Positions 46,858 to 61,023 are shown, counted from the stretch's first letter. The stretch: 64,000 nucleotides of DNA from Lama guanicoe (GCA_013239625.1 MU053487.1:2253058-2317057); one strand, 5' to 3'. Numbers and translations: made by a program. The notes: generated from the letters alone by a model not told the origin.

Positions 46858-48009
46858 CTGCGAGGACAAGGAGGAAAGGCTAGCTGCCGCCCGCCCGCTA
46901 GGGGCTCCTTCCCCTGCATATCTGCAAGGCTCCGAGTCCGGAGGGGCAGATCGTTCACTCTGGCCCCTCCCACCGGCCGGGAGCACACCCTGACCACGCC
47001 TCCCGCCACCACCGGGGAACCCGACGACGCGGGGCTGATCTGATGAGGCCATTTCTTCCTCAGTTCTTTTCTGACCTCAGGGGCAGCGGCCAGAGCGATC
47101 CCATCTATTCTGTGTTAATGATCAGCTGGGCTCTGAGAAAGGAGGCTGCTTCCGTACACAAGACAACATACACCTGGCCGGCAGCGTGCGCTGGAGAAGC
47201 GGCAGCTATTCCTCCCCCCACCCCCAACCACCACCCCGTAATCCGCATTCATGGACCCATCACTGCAACCCAGAAGGAGGCACTGTCCCCACTGTTCAGA
47301 TAAGAAAACTGAGGCTCAAAGAGGTTCAAGTCATTTGCCTAAGGGCCTGCTTAGACAGATCCCAACTCCAGGTTTCCACTCTTGACCCTGTACCTCATCA
47401 CCTACTGGTACAAGGAGTTGATGGCTCTTCCATTCTCTTAGAAGGTGGGAAGAGGGAGAGGTGGAGTGGTTCTAAAGGTTAAAGTATGCAAGAGGCTAGG
47501 ACACAGGGCCACCCACAATCACAACCTCTCCCGCCCTCCTGTCTTCCTAAAAACACTAGTAAAACAGGCCTCAGAATATTTGTCCCTGAGATTGCCATTG
47601 CCTGCTTACCTCTGCACCCCCTCCCAAGAAGCACTGGCCTCTTTCATGACTCTTGTTTTATTCACTTAGTAGCCCTTTGGCCTAGCATCCGATGGGTACT
47701 TAAATAGCTGTGGTGTAATGACCTTGAATACCAGACCCAGAGAGGCTGCCCGTTACCGATTCTCTCTGGAATGGTCTGGGTAGCGGGAGAGAAGGGCCTG
47801 GAGCCCTGCCCACCTGATGGGTTGCAGGACGCGTTTGTGAACAAAGGTAGTGGAGAGGAGAGGCCTTGGAGAGCCTCAAGAAGCAGCTGCCAAGGAGGCA
47901 GGGACAAGGTGGAGGTCAGAAGAGATGTCGCTTACAATTTTCTCCTCCCAAAATGGCAGCAGGAAATGCAAGGCAGTGGGAAGGGTCTTAAAAAGGAGGA
48001 TAGTCCACA

Positions 48010-48525
48010 TTGACAGACGAATGGATCAAGAAGATGTGGTGTATATACATACACAATGGAATACTACTTGGCCGTAAAGAAGAATGAAATAACGCCATTT
48101 GCAGCAACATGGATGGACCTGGAGATTTGTCATACTAATTGAAGTAAGTCAGACAGAGAAAGACAAATGCCACATGATAACACTTACATGTGGAAACTAA
48201 AAAAAATGATACAAATGAACTTATTTACAAAATTGAAACAGACTCACAGACACAGAAAACAAATTTATGATTACCAAAGGAGAAAGGGGTAGGGGAGGGA
48301 TACATTAGGAGTTTGGGATTAGCAGATACAAACTACTATATATAATATAGATAAACAACAAGGTCCTGCTGTAGAGCACAGGGAACTATATTCAATATCT
48401 TACAATAGCCCATAATGAAATAGAGTATGAAAAGGAATATACTTGTGTATGACTGAACCACTATGCTATACACCAGAAACTAACACAACATTGTAAATCA
48501 ACGATACTTCAATTTAAAAAAGAAA
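48010..48525 (+). mobile_element. L1 3' fragment (older subfamily)
   Basis: gaatggatcaagaagatgtgg...ccatttgcagcaacatggatggacctggag... 3' UTR and A-rich end. Confidence 0.9.
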
Positions 48526-49374
48526 TTTTTTCTTTAATTTTTAAGTTTTGTTTCAAAAATGAGGACAGATAGCTGCAAAGGCCCCACAGCTGTGGGGTCA
48601 TACAAGCTACTGGGGGTCTTCTTAACCAACACAGCCCTTAGATAGATAATCATTCTTACTGTTTGTATCATTTTAAATCTTGCTGAAGGGGATGGGGGCA
48701 GGGGAAGCAGACCCATGCAGGTAGAAGTGGTGGCTTATTGTAAACCCATATGAGCTTACTGGGCTTTTGAACTGTGCTGCATGCTTCCAGCAGAGATGTA
48801 ACAGAAGGAGGTGTGTGATCGCTAAACAAGTGAAAACACAAAATTCCAACCCAGTCTTTGTATTAAATAATCTCTCAATCCCATGGCTCACATTTATACT
48901 GAGATGACAGAGGAGAACATGAAAAAAATTTTAATTGAAGATGAGGGAGTGAAAACATCTTTCTCTTTCAAATACTGTTAGCCAGGTATTCCATAAATAA
49001 TTTATAAACTGGCCATGATCAGACAACTAGAAAAAGGAACCGCTATAACAACTGGCAAAGGGTTAATACCCTTGTTTTATAAATCCTTTTTCACTGCAAG
49101 AAAGGATCCACACCCTGACCAAAATGTGTAAGGTACTAAACAGAAAATTCACAAAGGAATATCATTAACTGCTTAATATATGAAAAGTGGATACCCAGGA
49201 CCACCCTAACTTGTACGCAAAGAAATGAAGAATTAAAACAACAAGGCATCACTGGAAAATACTTAAAAGAATGACCCCAAATATTGGGCACTGTCATATT
49301 ATTCTGCTTACAGGGAAATATACTACATCGCAGACTTATTGAGCCTTGTGGATGTTCGCCACAGTAAAACACCA

Positions 49375-49428
49375 GAAACAACCCTAAATGTTTCATAATG
49401 TGAAACAACCCTAAATGTTTCATAATGT
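49375..49428. repeat. Perfect 27-bp tandem duplication
   Basis: gaaacaaccctaaatgtttcataatgt x2. Confidence 0.95.
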
Positions 49429-49858
49429 GTAACGAATTTGGATCAGTTATAGAACATCCATATGGTAGAATACCACACAGTTATTTTAAAAATCATGTTG
49501 TAAAAGAACATTTAATGATAGGCTAAGTTACTAAATGAAAGATAGAGGCAACACAAAAAGGCATACAATCTCAAATTAAATTTTAAACACATCCAATGTA
49601 TTGAAACCATGCCAGAATGTTAACAGCCCCACCACTGGGATTAGGCAGGGTTTTCATTTTCCTCCTTGTGCTTTGCTGAATTTCCAGTTGCCCGAGACTG
49701 TGCCACGTTCATAATCAGACCATAAATGTCACTAGAACAAGACTCTTTAAGGGCTTCATTGAAGAAAACAAACACAGAATGTTTCCACTGTATTTACAAG
49801 TACAATACAAAGTATTCATGTCAGAACTTTTTTCGTACACCTCTAGAAACAAATAGTG

Positions 49859-49952
49859 AGCATGCACAAGGTCCTGGGTTCAAACACCAGCACCCCTATT
49901 AAAAATAAATTTAAAAATTTTAAAAAGTAACTTCCCCTCTGAAAAAAAAAAT
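49859..49952 (+). mobile_element. 5'-truncated Vic-1-like SINE with TSD
   Basis: Begins at agcatgcacaaggtcctgggttc; flanked by tagaaac(a/c)aatagtgagc. Confidence 0.85.
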
Positions 49953-52437
49953 TAGAAACCAATAGTGAGCTCTTAATATTATGTGAGCAAACATCAAATG
50001 TATCCATCTACTTTTTCTGCTTTTTCTTGGTGCTTTTTTTCTGCTGCTTTTTCCCTCCGGCTTTTTCTTGGTGCAATCAAGTAACAGGGGAAAGGAGGAT
50101 TGCCAACCACACAAAAGCTCTTTGCTTCTTAATAGCAAATTGACAGTTACATCCTCATTACAGGGAAGAATGCTTTATATCTCTGCCTCAAAACACTTAT
50201 GGCTCAACTGTTGAATCTTTTTTTTTTCAACGAGCCAGCAGACTACTGATAGGATGAAACTGCTAAATACAAGTGGTAATGATTTACCATAATGACCATA
50301 TCCTTTAGAACTAATATGTCGTGAGCATCTGCTACGTGCTTTACCTCATCATGTCATTTTATTCTTGCAAGAAGCCCCAGGAGGTAGCCTTGATTGTGTC
50401 CCCATTCCACATATGGAGAAAGCGAGGCCAGGAGAGGTAAGTAAGCTCCTTGCCATCGTCCCAGGGAAAGTGGTAGCGCAGTAATCCAAACCTAGGTGGG
50501 CTGGCTTTGGGAGCTCGACTACACTCTGAAGAGCCAAGACAAAGGCAAAACTGTCAGCGGGCTACCCCACAGCAGTCACAATCCTGCACTTTCAGTTTTG
50601 TCAGTGCTGCCAATGCTAAAAGATGAGGATGTAAAGACAGTTTCACAGGGGCGGGGTCAGCTTTTGCTCAGGTTCACGATGTCCCTAGGAGGATTCAAGG
50701 TCCACTTGCTGGGAGGTGGCCAGGGCTGCTGAGAAACACAAGAGGAAGCAGATGCGGGGAAAATGCAAACACACTGAGGAGGTTCTGAAACCAGCAAGTC
50801 TGAAACTTAGCAGATGCAGGTTGTTGTAGTTTTGTGTGTGTGTGTTTGAGTTTTTTGTGCTTTGTTTTGTTTTTCTTAATTGAAGTCTAGCTGATTTACA
50901 ATACTGTGTTAGTTTCAGGTGTACAGCAAAGTGATTCGGTTATACATATATATCTGTATTTTTTTTTCAATTCTTTTCCATTATAATTCCATTGGGTAAA
51001 CACACATGAAGTTCTATAACTGACTTACAGGACCAAAACTGCAAACAGGGATGGGTTTGGGGCAGCTGAAAGGGGCAGAGGGAGACCCTCCATCCCTTTT
51101 CTGGGTACCACTTGACATCTTAACAGCAAATTTGTTTACTTTTTTGCTTTTTGGTGGTGGTGTTTTGTTTTGTTTTTTTTAAATAAAATCCTTTCAAAAT
51201 ACTCCCCAAAGTAATCAATGATCCAAGATCAATTCTTGGGAAACTGGGAATAGGGACAGTTCCAAACTGAGACCACAGAGAGCAATTCTTAAAACTGACT
51301 CCTCCCTGCTCCCACAGGAAGGCGGGCACAGACAGGATAAGAATCCAAAGTCACAACTCATTCTGGGGACTCCAATTTGTTTTCTTTGTTTTTCTTTATT
51401 TTTTCCCTTGAGGGGAGGGGTGCAAACATGGAAAGAGAAGAGTAGGGATTTTCTTAAGAAACTCACTCAAAACTTTTCAAAGACATCTGGGAAAGTGTGA
51501 AGTGGTGGCTCCAAGCCTTCCCTATCTGGGTGTTTAAATAAAATGAGAAAGACCAGATCATTGTGGCACCCCACCTCAGCTGTCTCACCTGCCCTAACCC
51601 ACCAAAGCCCAGTTCAGTGGACTGCGGTAAACCCAGTCCAGGCCATCCCCTTTGGCTATCAACTTTAAATTATTCCACCTTAACTGGCAGCCTCATTTAC
51701 CTCCAACTACATGTACACCAACAGCAAGATGGTGATTATAAAACTAGTTGACTAGTCCAGCTCCAAAATCTCCCTTGTAAAATTTACATTCTAAAAGTCA
51801 TACTCCCTGCAAAACTTAAACACCATAAATTCTATCTCTGTAATATGTGCAGTCTCTTGACTGTTTTTAAATCTATGCCTCTTTTGATGAAAGTTTCTCA
51901 CACTCACCCAACACATATGTGCCTCCCAAGAGGATCTATAACCTTCCGAATATCCTAATTTTAACATTTACAAAGTATCTGCCCTGTGCCAGACACTGCA
52001 CTGGGCATCAGGAGTTTGATGGTGAAAGGATAACCACTATCCCCACCTCCAAGGGGTTTACTGTCTGTTAGAGAAATGGGCATTAAATAAATAATCAAAT
52101 GAAGATTATAACTAACAAATTTTTCTTCCTAAGAAAAAGAGGGGAGAAGAAAGCATATAAAAAGAGAATACAACTTAAATTATAAGGGGCAAGGAAGGTC
52201 TCTCTAGGAAGTGATGTTTGAACCAAGATCCAAAAAATGAGTCATTAACCCAGTGTAGAGTAGGACAGGGGGAACAGTATATGCAAAGACTCTGAACCTC
52301 ACAGTTCGAGAACTGCCAGGTGAGTAGAAGACAGGAATGAGGCTAGAGGAGCAGGTAGTGGTTACAAGAGCAGATGACCTGGGATCTTGAAGGCCATCAG
52401 AGGGTCTTGGAATTCATCTTAAATGCAACTGGGGAAG

Positions 52438-52701
52438 CAGCACTGTCCATTACAACTTTCTGTGATGATGGGAACATTGTGTTCTGTATTGTCCAATATG
52501 GTAGCTGGTAGGCACATGGCTAGTTTGAAATATGACCAGTATAATTGGAGAATTGAATTTTTTATTTTATTTAATAAAATATTTAATTTGATTTGATAAT
52601 TTATTTTATTTTATTTTAAAGTTTTATTTTATTTAATTTTAGCTAACTTTAATTTACATAGCCACATGGGACTAGTGGCTCCCATATTGGACACAGTACA
52701 G
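52438..52701 (+). mobile_element. MER3-like hAT element
   Basis: cagcactgtccattacaactttctgtgatgatgggaac...atagccacatgggactagtggctcccatattggaca. Confidence 0.78.
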
Positions 52702-52944
52702 CACAGGAGGGTTTTAAGCTGGGGATCAACAAGAACTGACTGGCTCATACTGGCTGCGAGCAAGAAGGAGAGAAACAGGCCAATGCTTCAAATTTAGGAG
52801 GCAGGGCCAGTAAGAGTTGCTGAAGGACTTCATGCTAGTAAAGGGCAGGAAAAATCAACTCTAGAGCATTTGGTCAAACTTTACTTTACAGAAATAGGAA
52901 CATTGGTTTCTAATACAAATGCATATAATATTGGATTTTCTTTT

Positions 52945-52977
<33 letters not shown>

Positions 52978-53014
52978 TACAACCTAGCCCCTGACCAAGG
53001 TAGGAGAGAGGCAG

Positions 53015-53330
53015 TAGATGTGATACATGAGAAAGACTAGGCCCATCACAGCATGCCTTGCAGATGGGGGGGAGGCAACGGGAACAAGGACCTCAGTCCT
53101 ACAGCCACAAGGAACTGGATCCTGCCAACAACAGGAATGCAGTTAGAAGAGGATTCTTTGCAGCCCCTCCCTGTAAGAGCCCAGCCAGTCAACACCTTGA
53201 TTTCAGATTTGTGAAACCTGCTAAGCGAACCCAGACTTCTCACCTACAGATGGTGAGATAATTAATCCGCTGGGTTTTAAGCTACTACGTTTGTGAACAT
53301 TTGTTACGGTGGTAACAGAAAACTAAGACA
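53015..53330 (+). mobile_element. MaLR (MLT1-type) LTR fragment
   Basis: ggacctcagtcctacagccacaaggaactggatcctgccaacaac...aactaagaca end. Confidence 0.75.
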
Positions 53331-56300
53331 CATCATATACCAAAATTCGTTCTAAGGCAACAGAAAAAGTGCTAGCGTAAAAAAGACACCATGGCAATAA
53401 AAAGGAACCAGCTGCTGGCACCCACCCAATGTAACGCACCTCAAAAACATGTTGAGCAAGAGAAGCCAGACTCAAAAGAGAGTGCAGACTGTGTGATTCC
53501 ATTTGGCTGAAGCCCTAGAACTGGCAAATCTAAGGAACCAGAAGAGCGTTTGCCTAGGGAGGCAGGGCTACTGGCTGGAAGTGCCGGGCGCGAGTGCACT
53601 TTCTGGAGCGTGGAAATGTTCTCTATTTGGATTGGGCTGGTGGCCACACAGATATAGACATTTATTCAAGCTCATTAAACAGTACTCTTAAAATCTGTGC
53701 CTTTTATTACATGCAAATATCTCATTTTTTTAAAACATTGAGAAAAAAGAAACCATAAAAGTAGTAAGAGAAAATAGAAGTACAAATCTTAGATCATCTT
53801 CAACTGCTCCAGGAGGAAATCTGATAAGATCTAATGAAGTCACATATACACATGGCCTCTGACCCAGCAGTTTCACTTCCAGAAATCAGTTTTGCAGACT
53901 GATTGCACACAGAGGAAACAGTAGACGGACAAGGTTGTTTACTGTCAAATTATCTGTAATAATGAAAGACTGAAACCAGCTCTGATGGCCCTCAGTAGAG
54001 GGCTGGTTTAATAAAGTCTAGTGCAGCCCCTCCCAACGAAGTATGACACAAGTTTATAAAAAGAAAGAAAAAAAAATGAAGATGCTTTGCATTTACTCAT
54101 CTGGAATAATCTGCAAAATATATTTGCTAAAAGCAAATCCAGAATAGTGTGTACATTATGCTCCCTTTGGTGCAAAATTTTTAAAACACCAAGGGCACGG
54201 TAAAGAATCTATATTTACATCTGCTTATATATGCATAAAGAAATTCTCAAAGGATGCACAAGAAATAAAACGATTTACCCTTACTGGTGTGTGGGATAGA
54301 GAGGGGAGAAGGGGGACCTAATCCTGCCTTTTCTTTGTAAACTTTTTGCACTTTTTCCTTCTTGAATTATATAAATTCAAAAAGGCTTTAATGTGATAAA
54401 AAAAAAAACTACGTAATCTTCACATTTGAGAAGATCATTCTAATAATACCAAAAGCAGAAACCATATCGTGACAGCCATGAATTCATTACAAATCTAAAA
54501 CTTCTGGACATCAGAAAGCCCTGAAAATAGTTTAATAACACCCTAAGTTAGCAAGATTATGGGCGGAGAGTCAGTCTCACACTCAGCTGATGGCAAGATT
54601 AAGGAGGGGTGCAGCTTCTGTCTACAGAAATGTTAAATGCACAAACTTTCCACCCAGCTGCTGGGAATTTCTTCTCCAGACACATTTCATTCAAGTACTT
54701 GAGGATGTTAACTGCCTTATTCTTTGTCAAAGCAAAAATGATACAAATCCAAGAGTCCAACAAGCGGAGATGTTTATAGAAGGAAAGTACTGCTTAGCAC
54801 AGAACACTACAGTTGTTAAAGATAAAAGGCAGGTCTAGAGGAAGAGGAAGAGATGTCAAAATACGCAATTAAGGTGAAAAAAGCAAGCCAGGGAACAATC
54901 TGTAGAGCAACCTGGAGAGTTTAAGGATAGGCTTGTGTATGTGTATATGTTTACTTGATCTCTTGGGAGAATTTCTGGAAGGATACTTAGGAAAGGATAC
55001 TTAGGTAATCTTTGGGGAGTAGATCTGGAAACAGGGAGGGCGCCCCTGAACTATGAGAATACATTTCTGTTAAGTCACCTAGTTTGTGGTTGTACAATTT
55101 TTTACTGCAGCCCCAAGGAAAATAATACAACACTTCTCTGAATACATTCACAAGATTCTATAAATAGAAAGGATTTAATAAAGTGAGTCAGTTGGGCTAA
55201 AATTTCCAGAGCCAGGAGCCCAAGGCTCAGATACTCAGGGGCCTGACCACAGTCACACAGGAGTGAGCACCAGGGTTGAAACCGGGCTCACTGCTGCACG
55301 GCGCCCTGGTCCACACCACCTGTGGGTGGGCAAGAAAGCCGGAGCCAGACCCAGTCTCGCCCCTAGTCCACGAAGTTTCAGATCAGTGATGTGGCAGTCC
55401 CTGCAGGTTATTTGAGTGTAATCCCTGCAACATTTAGAGAACCTTTGCTTTGTTTACTCAGCAAAGAGAAAATATTTTGTTAAAAGCGTAGCCCTAAGAT
55501 TTGACCGACTCACAGAGGTTTCCAGAAATTAGCAGTGAGTTAAAGCAGCTACAGCTAAGAAGATAAGATTCAAGGCCTTGGATGAAGTGTGGGGAGGGGT
55601 CAGCGCTGTAACTTCTGAAAATGGCCCCAAATCTTTCACTCCTCTGACTGTTCCTTTAAAAGGGAGGGCCCAGCACCGGCTCCTGGGCCCTAATTAACCT
55701 TTTCAGCGGGAGGACAGTCAACATGGTTCACCACGGAGGCCAAGGTGCGCGGAGGCAGCCCTGGGCCTTGAGTGGGCTCTGGGTGCCAGGCCTGCGGGCC
55801 AGAGTTCTCTGACAGCCCCCTTCCCCAGGAGTTTCTGGATGGGACTTTGAGAAGAGTTCTTCTGGGGGTGGCCGTTGGGTTAGGAGGCTCCAGAGGGGTG
55901 TGGCCTTACTCCCCCAAACACTGAGAAGAAGCCACTGTGGGTGAGAGACTACAACGCCTATTCCCAGAGAGAGCAGAGGCAGAAAGAGGGGCTTCTGGGG
56001 CCCCACCATCCCACATTCCCCTGCCTCTGAGGCCCAGCTCATCCCCTGCCCCTTCCCTGGTTACCAAAGAAGCAGCAGCCTTCCAGAACATTCCTCATTT
56101 TGCCTAAGCGAATTGTTTTTTCTTTCATTCACTAGAAAGGGAGGAAGCAAGACAGGCTTGCCTATTTCATCCCTCTCCACAACTTCACATGAGACAAGGG
56201 TCTTTATCGGGGTGTCCTGCCCCTTCTCACCCCAACATCTCTGGTCACAGTTTTCCTTCCCACAGGGTCTGACAAGGCCTCAGAATCCTTTCCACAACAT

Positions 56301-58023
56301 TCATTCTAGGTGGCCACACACTCATGCCCCAGATGAATCCTATGTGCAGTTCCCAGTTTGCGTAACAAAGACTTGGGCCAAAATCACTGTGTGCACCCAA
56401 GCACAAAGGCCCAAAGTGTCCTAACTCAGCCAAAGCAGGTCAGGTGTTCCCCATCTCACCATCAGCTCTGTCTCCCTGAGAGGCACGCAGGCCCCAGAAC
56501 AGCTGTCCTCAATTGGGTTCACACACACCCTCCTGAGACGTCGTCCTCATCAGCCTGGATGACTACAGCATGGACCTTGTCACGTGCTCTCCTTGCCCCA
56601 GACTCAGCTCCAGCTCAGCCTCTTCATCACCATCGGTGAGATGGTCCCCCGATCCATCAGATCATGTACTGTGTCCTAGTTAGAAAAGACTCCAAGATCA
56701 CGAGGTTTCCCTCACCCTATCTCCTCTCAAGCATGGTTTCCATAAAGTTCCAAAGGACTTTCCAAAGATTCTGGGGTCCTTCTCCCTCCCTATACTCTGA
56801 GTCCCAGCAAACCTGTCACCTGCCATGCTCACCCCAGCTGAAGTCACCACTGTGGCTCTCAATGCCTCTATAAGGCCCTGTGTGTAGCTTTTACACCACT
56901 TAACAGATCAAATCATTCTTTCAACATACACTTCCCCCATAACCTCTATGCTTCAGGTCCTGTGCTAAGGTCTCAAAAGCTCCATGCTAGACACTTTTTC
57001 TGCTTTCCCCAGGAGACTGAACTCTTAAGGAAGAAACTAAGTCTTACTAAGTTTTATTATTTCTGCAACTAAGCACTCAGTGTTGTTGCCTGAATAAATG
57101 ATTTTCTGGCTCTTCCTTTACTCATCAGAAACAGACAACTAAGTTGGAGAAATGGGAGAGGAAAACAGGTTTGGGGGGTTTAATTCAAACTAGACAATTT
57201 CACTGGTAGTTTGGATTTCTGGTCATCTCCAGGAAAGCCAAGAAATGTCAGCTGTTCCCTTGGAGAAGGACCCAAATTTAATAAAAGCCAACAACACAAA
57301 GTACAAACCAGAAACAACCAGATAAGTCCAACTAAAATAAAACTGCCAACGCTGCTGGCTACTTGGGGAAAACAAGAGAAAGATACTTGCAAATACATAA
57401 GCAACTGTTGAGAATTCAACAGTGAGCAAACAGGGTCACACATCCCCATGTGAAATTAAAGTCCCAGAGATTCAGAAATGGTAAAAGCAAAGAATAATCC
57501 TGTAGATCAGTGGTTCCTAGACTTCTGGAACTGACAAATGGTAACATTTACACACAGAAAAGAAATCGAAGGGAGCCTAAATAAGGTTGCCAACTCCTTA
57601 ATTTGCCAAGTCAGAACATTTTTTTCGAAGTGTACCATCTACTGTCCTCATAATTTCACAGAAGAAGGAAGGAATATTTTAACTCCAGAAAAAAGTGGAA
57701 GAATGTAAACTCAGACTAAAGAAACCCATTCTCAAGGGAAGGATGAGCTGAGAGCTTTCCAGCACATTTTAGTCTTGGACAATGTGCAGACGGTATTGGC
57801 CCTGAAAAGCAGAAGTTTCAAGTCCCTAAAACCACACCAGTCCCCTAGAAACTTGCTCAAGAAATATTGCTGAAGGGCAAAGATGGATCAATTTCAACTC
57901 CTGGTTCTGAAGTAGAGTCACAATCACTTGATCTCCAAAGAAGAAGGTCAGAAGGAGGCCTCCCTCCCAGTTGGTGACCAGGGGTGGGCACAATTTCTGC
58001 TTGGTGTTTGTCACAGATTGGCT

Positions 58024-58170
58024 TTTTTTTTTTAACATTTTATTTTTTTCGGGGGGTGGGGGGAGTAATTACATTTTTATTTACTTATTTTAATGGAAGT
58101 ACTGGGGATTGAACCCAGGCCTTGCGCATGCCAAGCATGGACTCTATCACTGAGCTATATCGTCCGCTCC
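58024..58170 (-). mobile_element. Vic-1-like SINE
   Basis: Reverse-complement head plus tail. Confidence 0.88.
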
Positions 58171-59180
58171 TCCAGACTGGCCTTCTTGATTGAGAGTAGT
58201 CCCGGGCAGCTGTGTGACAACAGGTAACATTCATTAAGCACCTACTATGTGCCAGGCCCTGTGCTAAGCCCTTCTCAGGCATTTTCTCTTCAAATGTCCC
58301 TAACAATGCTGGTGAGGGAAGTATTAATTATGATTCCAATTTGATAGGTCAAGTTTAATCAAAGAGAAGGGACTTCTCCAAGCAAGGCACAAAGCCAAGT
58401 CTGATATCAAAATCTGTGTTTACAATACCCTCTCCCCTGCCAGAGATGAGGTGAACAAAGGGTGAGGGGGACTGGGAGAAAGAAGCCTTTCAAATTAAAA
58501 TCAAACCCTTGCAAAATCGAACTCAAAGAAAACTGGAAAAAATTGGCATTTTACACTCTGCCTCAAGACAATGGAGGAGGTTATGCACCGGCCAGCACAG
58601 GCTGCTCGTAAATCTTGACTCAGTATCTGTGCTAAATGCAGGCTGCCCAACTACGGCCACGGTCCTTTAGGCTTCCCACTCTCCCTCAGAGCACCTGGGA
58701 GCTATAGATGGTTGGGAGTAGCCCCAAGAAGGGGCAAGGCCTTCCAGGGATAGCCCTTGAACAAAGATGCTTTCTCATTTAAAGGAGAACTACAGGTGCA
58801 CAATAGCATCCCACATACCCTCTCCCCCAGATCCCTCCCCAAACCCCCTGTAATATTTTAGATGCACTTTAAGGGCCTCCATTCCACCTCCCACCCCTAA
58901 GACCAAAGCAACCTGATGCCCCTTCTGTCTGAAAGGCAAGACAAATCCAGCAGAGAGGCTAAAACCCCATCCCCTGTGGCATGGGGAGGTCCAGAGGTGC
59001 CAAGGAGCTCCCCATAAATAAGAGTCTCTCCAAAACAGGGGTTCCTGAAGGGCACCCCCATGAAAGGAAGTCCCTTAGCCATGCTGGGGGGAACCTGAAG
59101 TCTAGCTCTAGTTCTAACACCAGCTGACAGATTCCTTAAACACAGGGCTTTGCACTTGCCCTTGAAAAAAGTATGAACTT

Positions 59181-59340
59181 GGGGGAAGAGCTCATTGGTA
59201 GAGTGCGCCTTAGTGTGCACGAGGTCCTGGGTTCAATTCCCAGTATCTCCATTAAGTAGATAAACAAACAAACAAACAAATAAATAAATAGTAATTACCC
59301 TGCAAAAAAAATTTTTTAATTAAAAAAAGAAAGAATAAAA
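59181..59340 (+). mobile_element. Vic-1-like SINE with TSD
   Basis: Head plus tail; flanked by gaaaaaagtatg(a/g)actt. Confidence 0.88.
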
Positions 59341-59912
59341 GAAAAAAGTATGGACTTTGGCCAGGCTGCAAAGATGTATTCATTCACACTCCTAACTGTC
59401 TAAATAAAACACAAGGCTGTTCACACACACACCCTTCAGTTTCCCTTTCCAGCCTTCTCCAATGCTATGTCCCCCATGTTGTAACCACAGGATCCCAAAT
59501 TCATCTGGTTCCCTCCCTCTCATATGCCTCTGCACAGTGTGTGCAGGCACCAGCACCAGGAGGCGGTCAGGAATGTATTCTCTTCACAGAAAAGAAAGTC
59601 CAGAAACCTGGGATCCAGTCCTATTTGACCTCTTCCAGGCCTGGTGTCAGGTAGCCAATGCCTATAAACCTAGGCTTCAGTGTCCTTAGTGAAAAACAGT
59701 ATCACCTACACGACTGGACTCGCTCTCTCCTAGGCCAGTCGGTAAATACTGAGCACCTCCTGTGTGTGGGGTGCTCTACCGGGTGCTGGGACATGTGAAC
59801 GGGTGAGCCTGACCCAAAACTCTGCTGCCTTCATGAAGCTTACATTCTGGTGCAGAGAGACCTGTAAAATAGGAATTGCTTGTAATATTCCTTTAAGAAT
59901 TAAACAAGGTAA

Positions 59913-60436
59913 CAGGTGACTGGATAAAGAAGATGTGGTATATTTATACAATGGAATACTATTCAGCCATAAAAACCAACAACATAACGTCATTTGCAGC
60001 AACATGGATGCTCCTGGAGAATGTCATTCTAAGCGAAATAAGCCAGAAAGAGAAAGAAAAATACCATATGAGATCACTCATATGTGGAATCTAAAAATAA
60101 ACAACCAACCAAACAAAAACAAAGCATAAATACAGGACAGAAATAGACTCATAGACAGAGAATACAGACTTGTGGTTGCCGGGGGGGTGGAGGGTGGGAA
60201 GGGATAGACTGGGATTTCAAAATTGTAGAATAGATAAACAAGATTATACTGTATAGCACAGGGAAATTTACACAAAATGTTATGGTAACTAACAGAAAAA
60301 AATGTGACAATGAGTGACTAACAGAAAGTGACAATGAGTGTGTATATGTCCATGTATGACTGAAAAATTGTGCTGAACACTGGAATTTGACACAACACTG
60401 TAAAATGATTATAAATCAATAAAAAATCTTGAAAAA
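59913..60436 (+). mobile_element. Young 5'-truncated L1, same subfamily as 2597-3248, with 16-18-bp TSD
   Basis: Closely matches 2711-3200; TSD aagaattaaacaaggtaa at 59895-59912 and 60437-60454. Confidence 0.95.
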
Positions 60437-60574
60437 AAGAATTAAACAAGGTAATATATGAAACACATCTAACATATAGCCTGACATAGAGTCCACTATT
60501 ACCAGTATTATTACTATTATTATTATTATATTGGTATTTGGCATATAAATTCTTCTGCTCACCATTATTTTTTT

Positions 60575-60885
60575 CCTTTTTTTTAAATGTATTGAGATTG
60601 AGATAGAATTGATACATAACCTTTTGTAAGTTTAAGGTGTACAATGGGTTGATTGTACATTAATATATTTCGTGATGGTTACCACCATAGCATTAGCTAA
60701 TATCTCTATTATGACAACCAAGTGTAATTTCTCTTTTTGTGGTGAGAACAATTAAGATCTAGTCTATTGGCATCTCTGAGATTAATAATACAGTATTGTT
60801 GACTAGGATCGCTATGCTGTGTATTAGATCTCCAGAAGTTAGATCTCCAGTACTTATTTATCTAATAGTTGTAAGTTTCTACCTT
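60575..60885 (-). mobile_element. L1 3' end fragment
   Basis: tattgagattgagatagaattgatacataac...gtaagtttaaggtgtacaat... Confidence 0.7.
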
Positions 60886-60897
60886 TTTAAAAAAAAA

Positions 60898-61023
60898 TTT
60901 TATGTTTGGGGGAGATGATTAGGTTTACTTACTTATTTATTTTTAATAACGGTACTGGGGATTGAATCCAGGACCTCGTGGATGCTAAGCACGCATTCTA
61001 CCACTGAGCTATACCGTCTCCCT
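60898..61023 (-). mobile_element. Vic-1-like SINE
   Basis: Reverse-complement head plus tail. Confidence 0.88.

Noticed and set aside
55990..56016. MWDGGAP as the TRANK1 first coding exon (recalled human start MWDPRAAR)
   Set aside because: Only three residues match, there is no GT donor at the required position, and no CpG island; the true first exon is probably outside the window.
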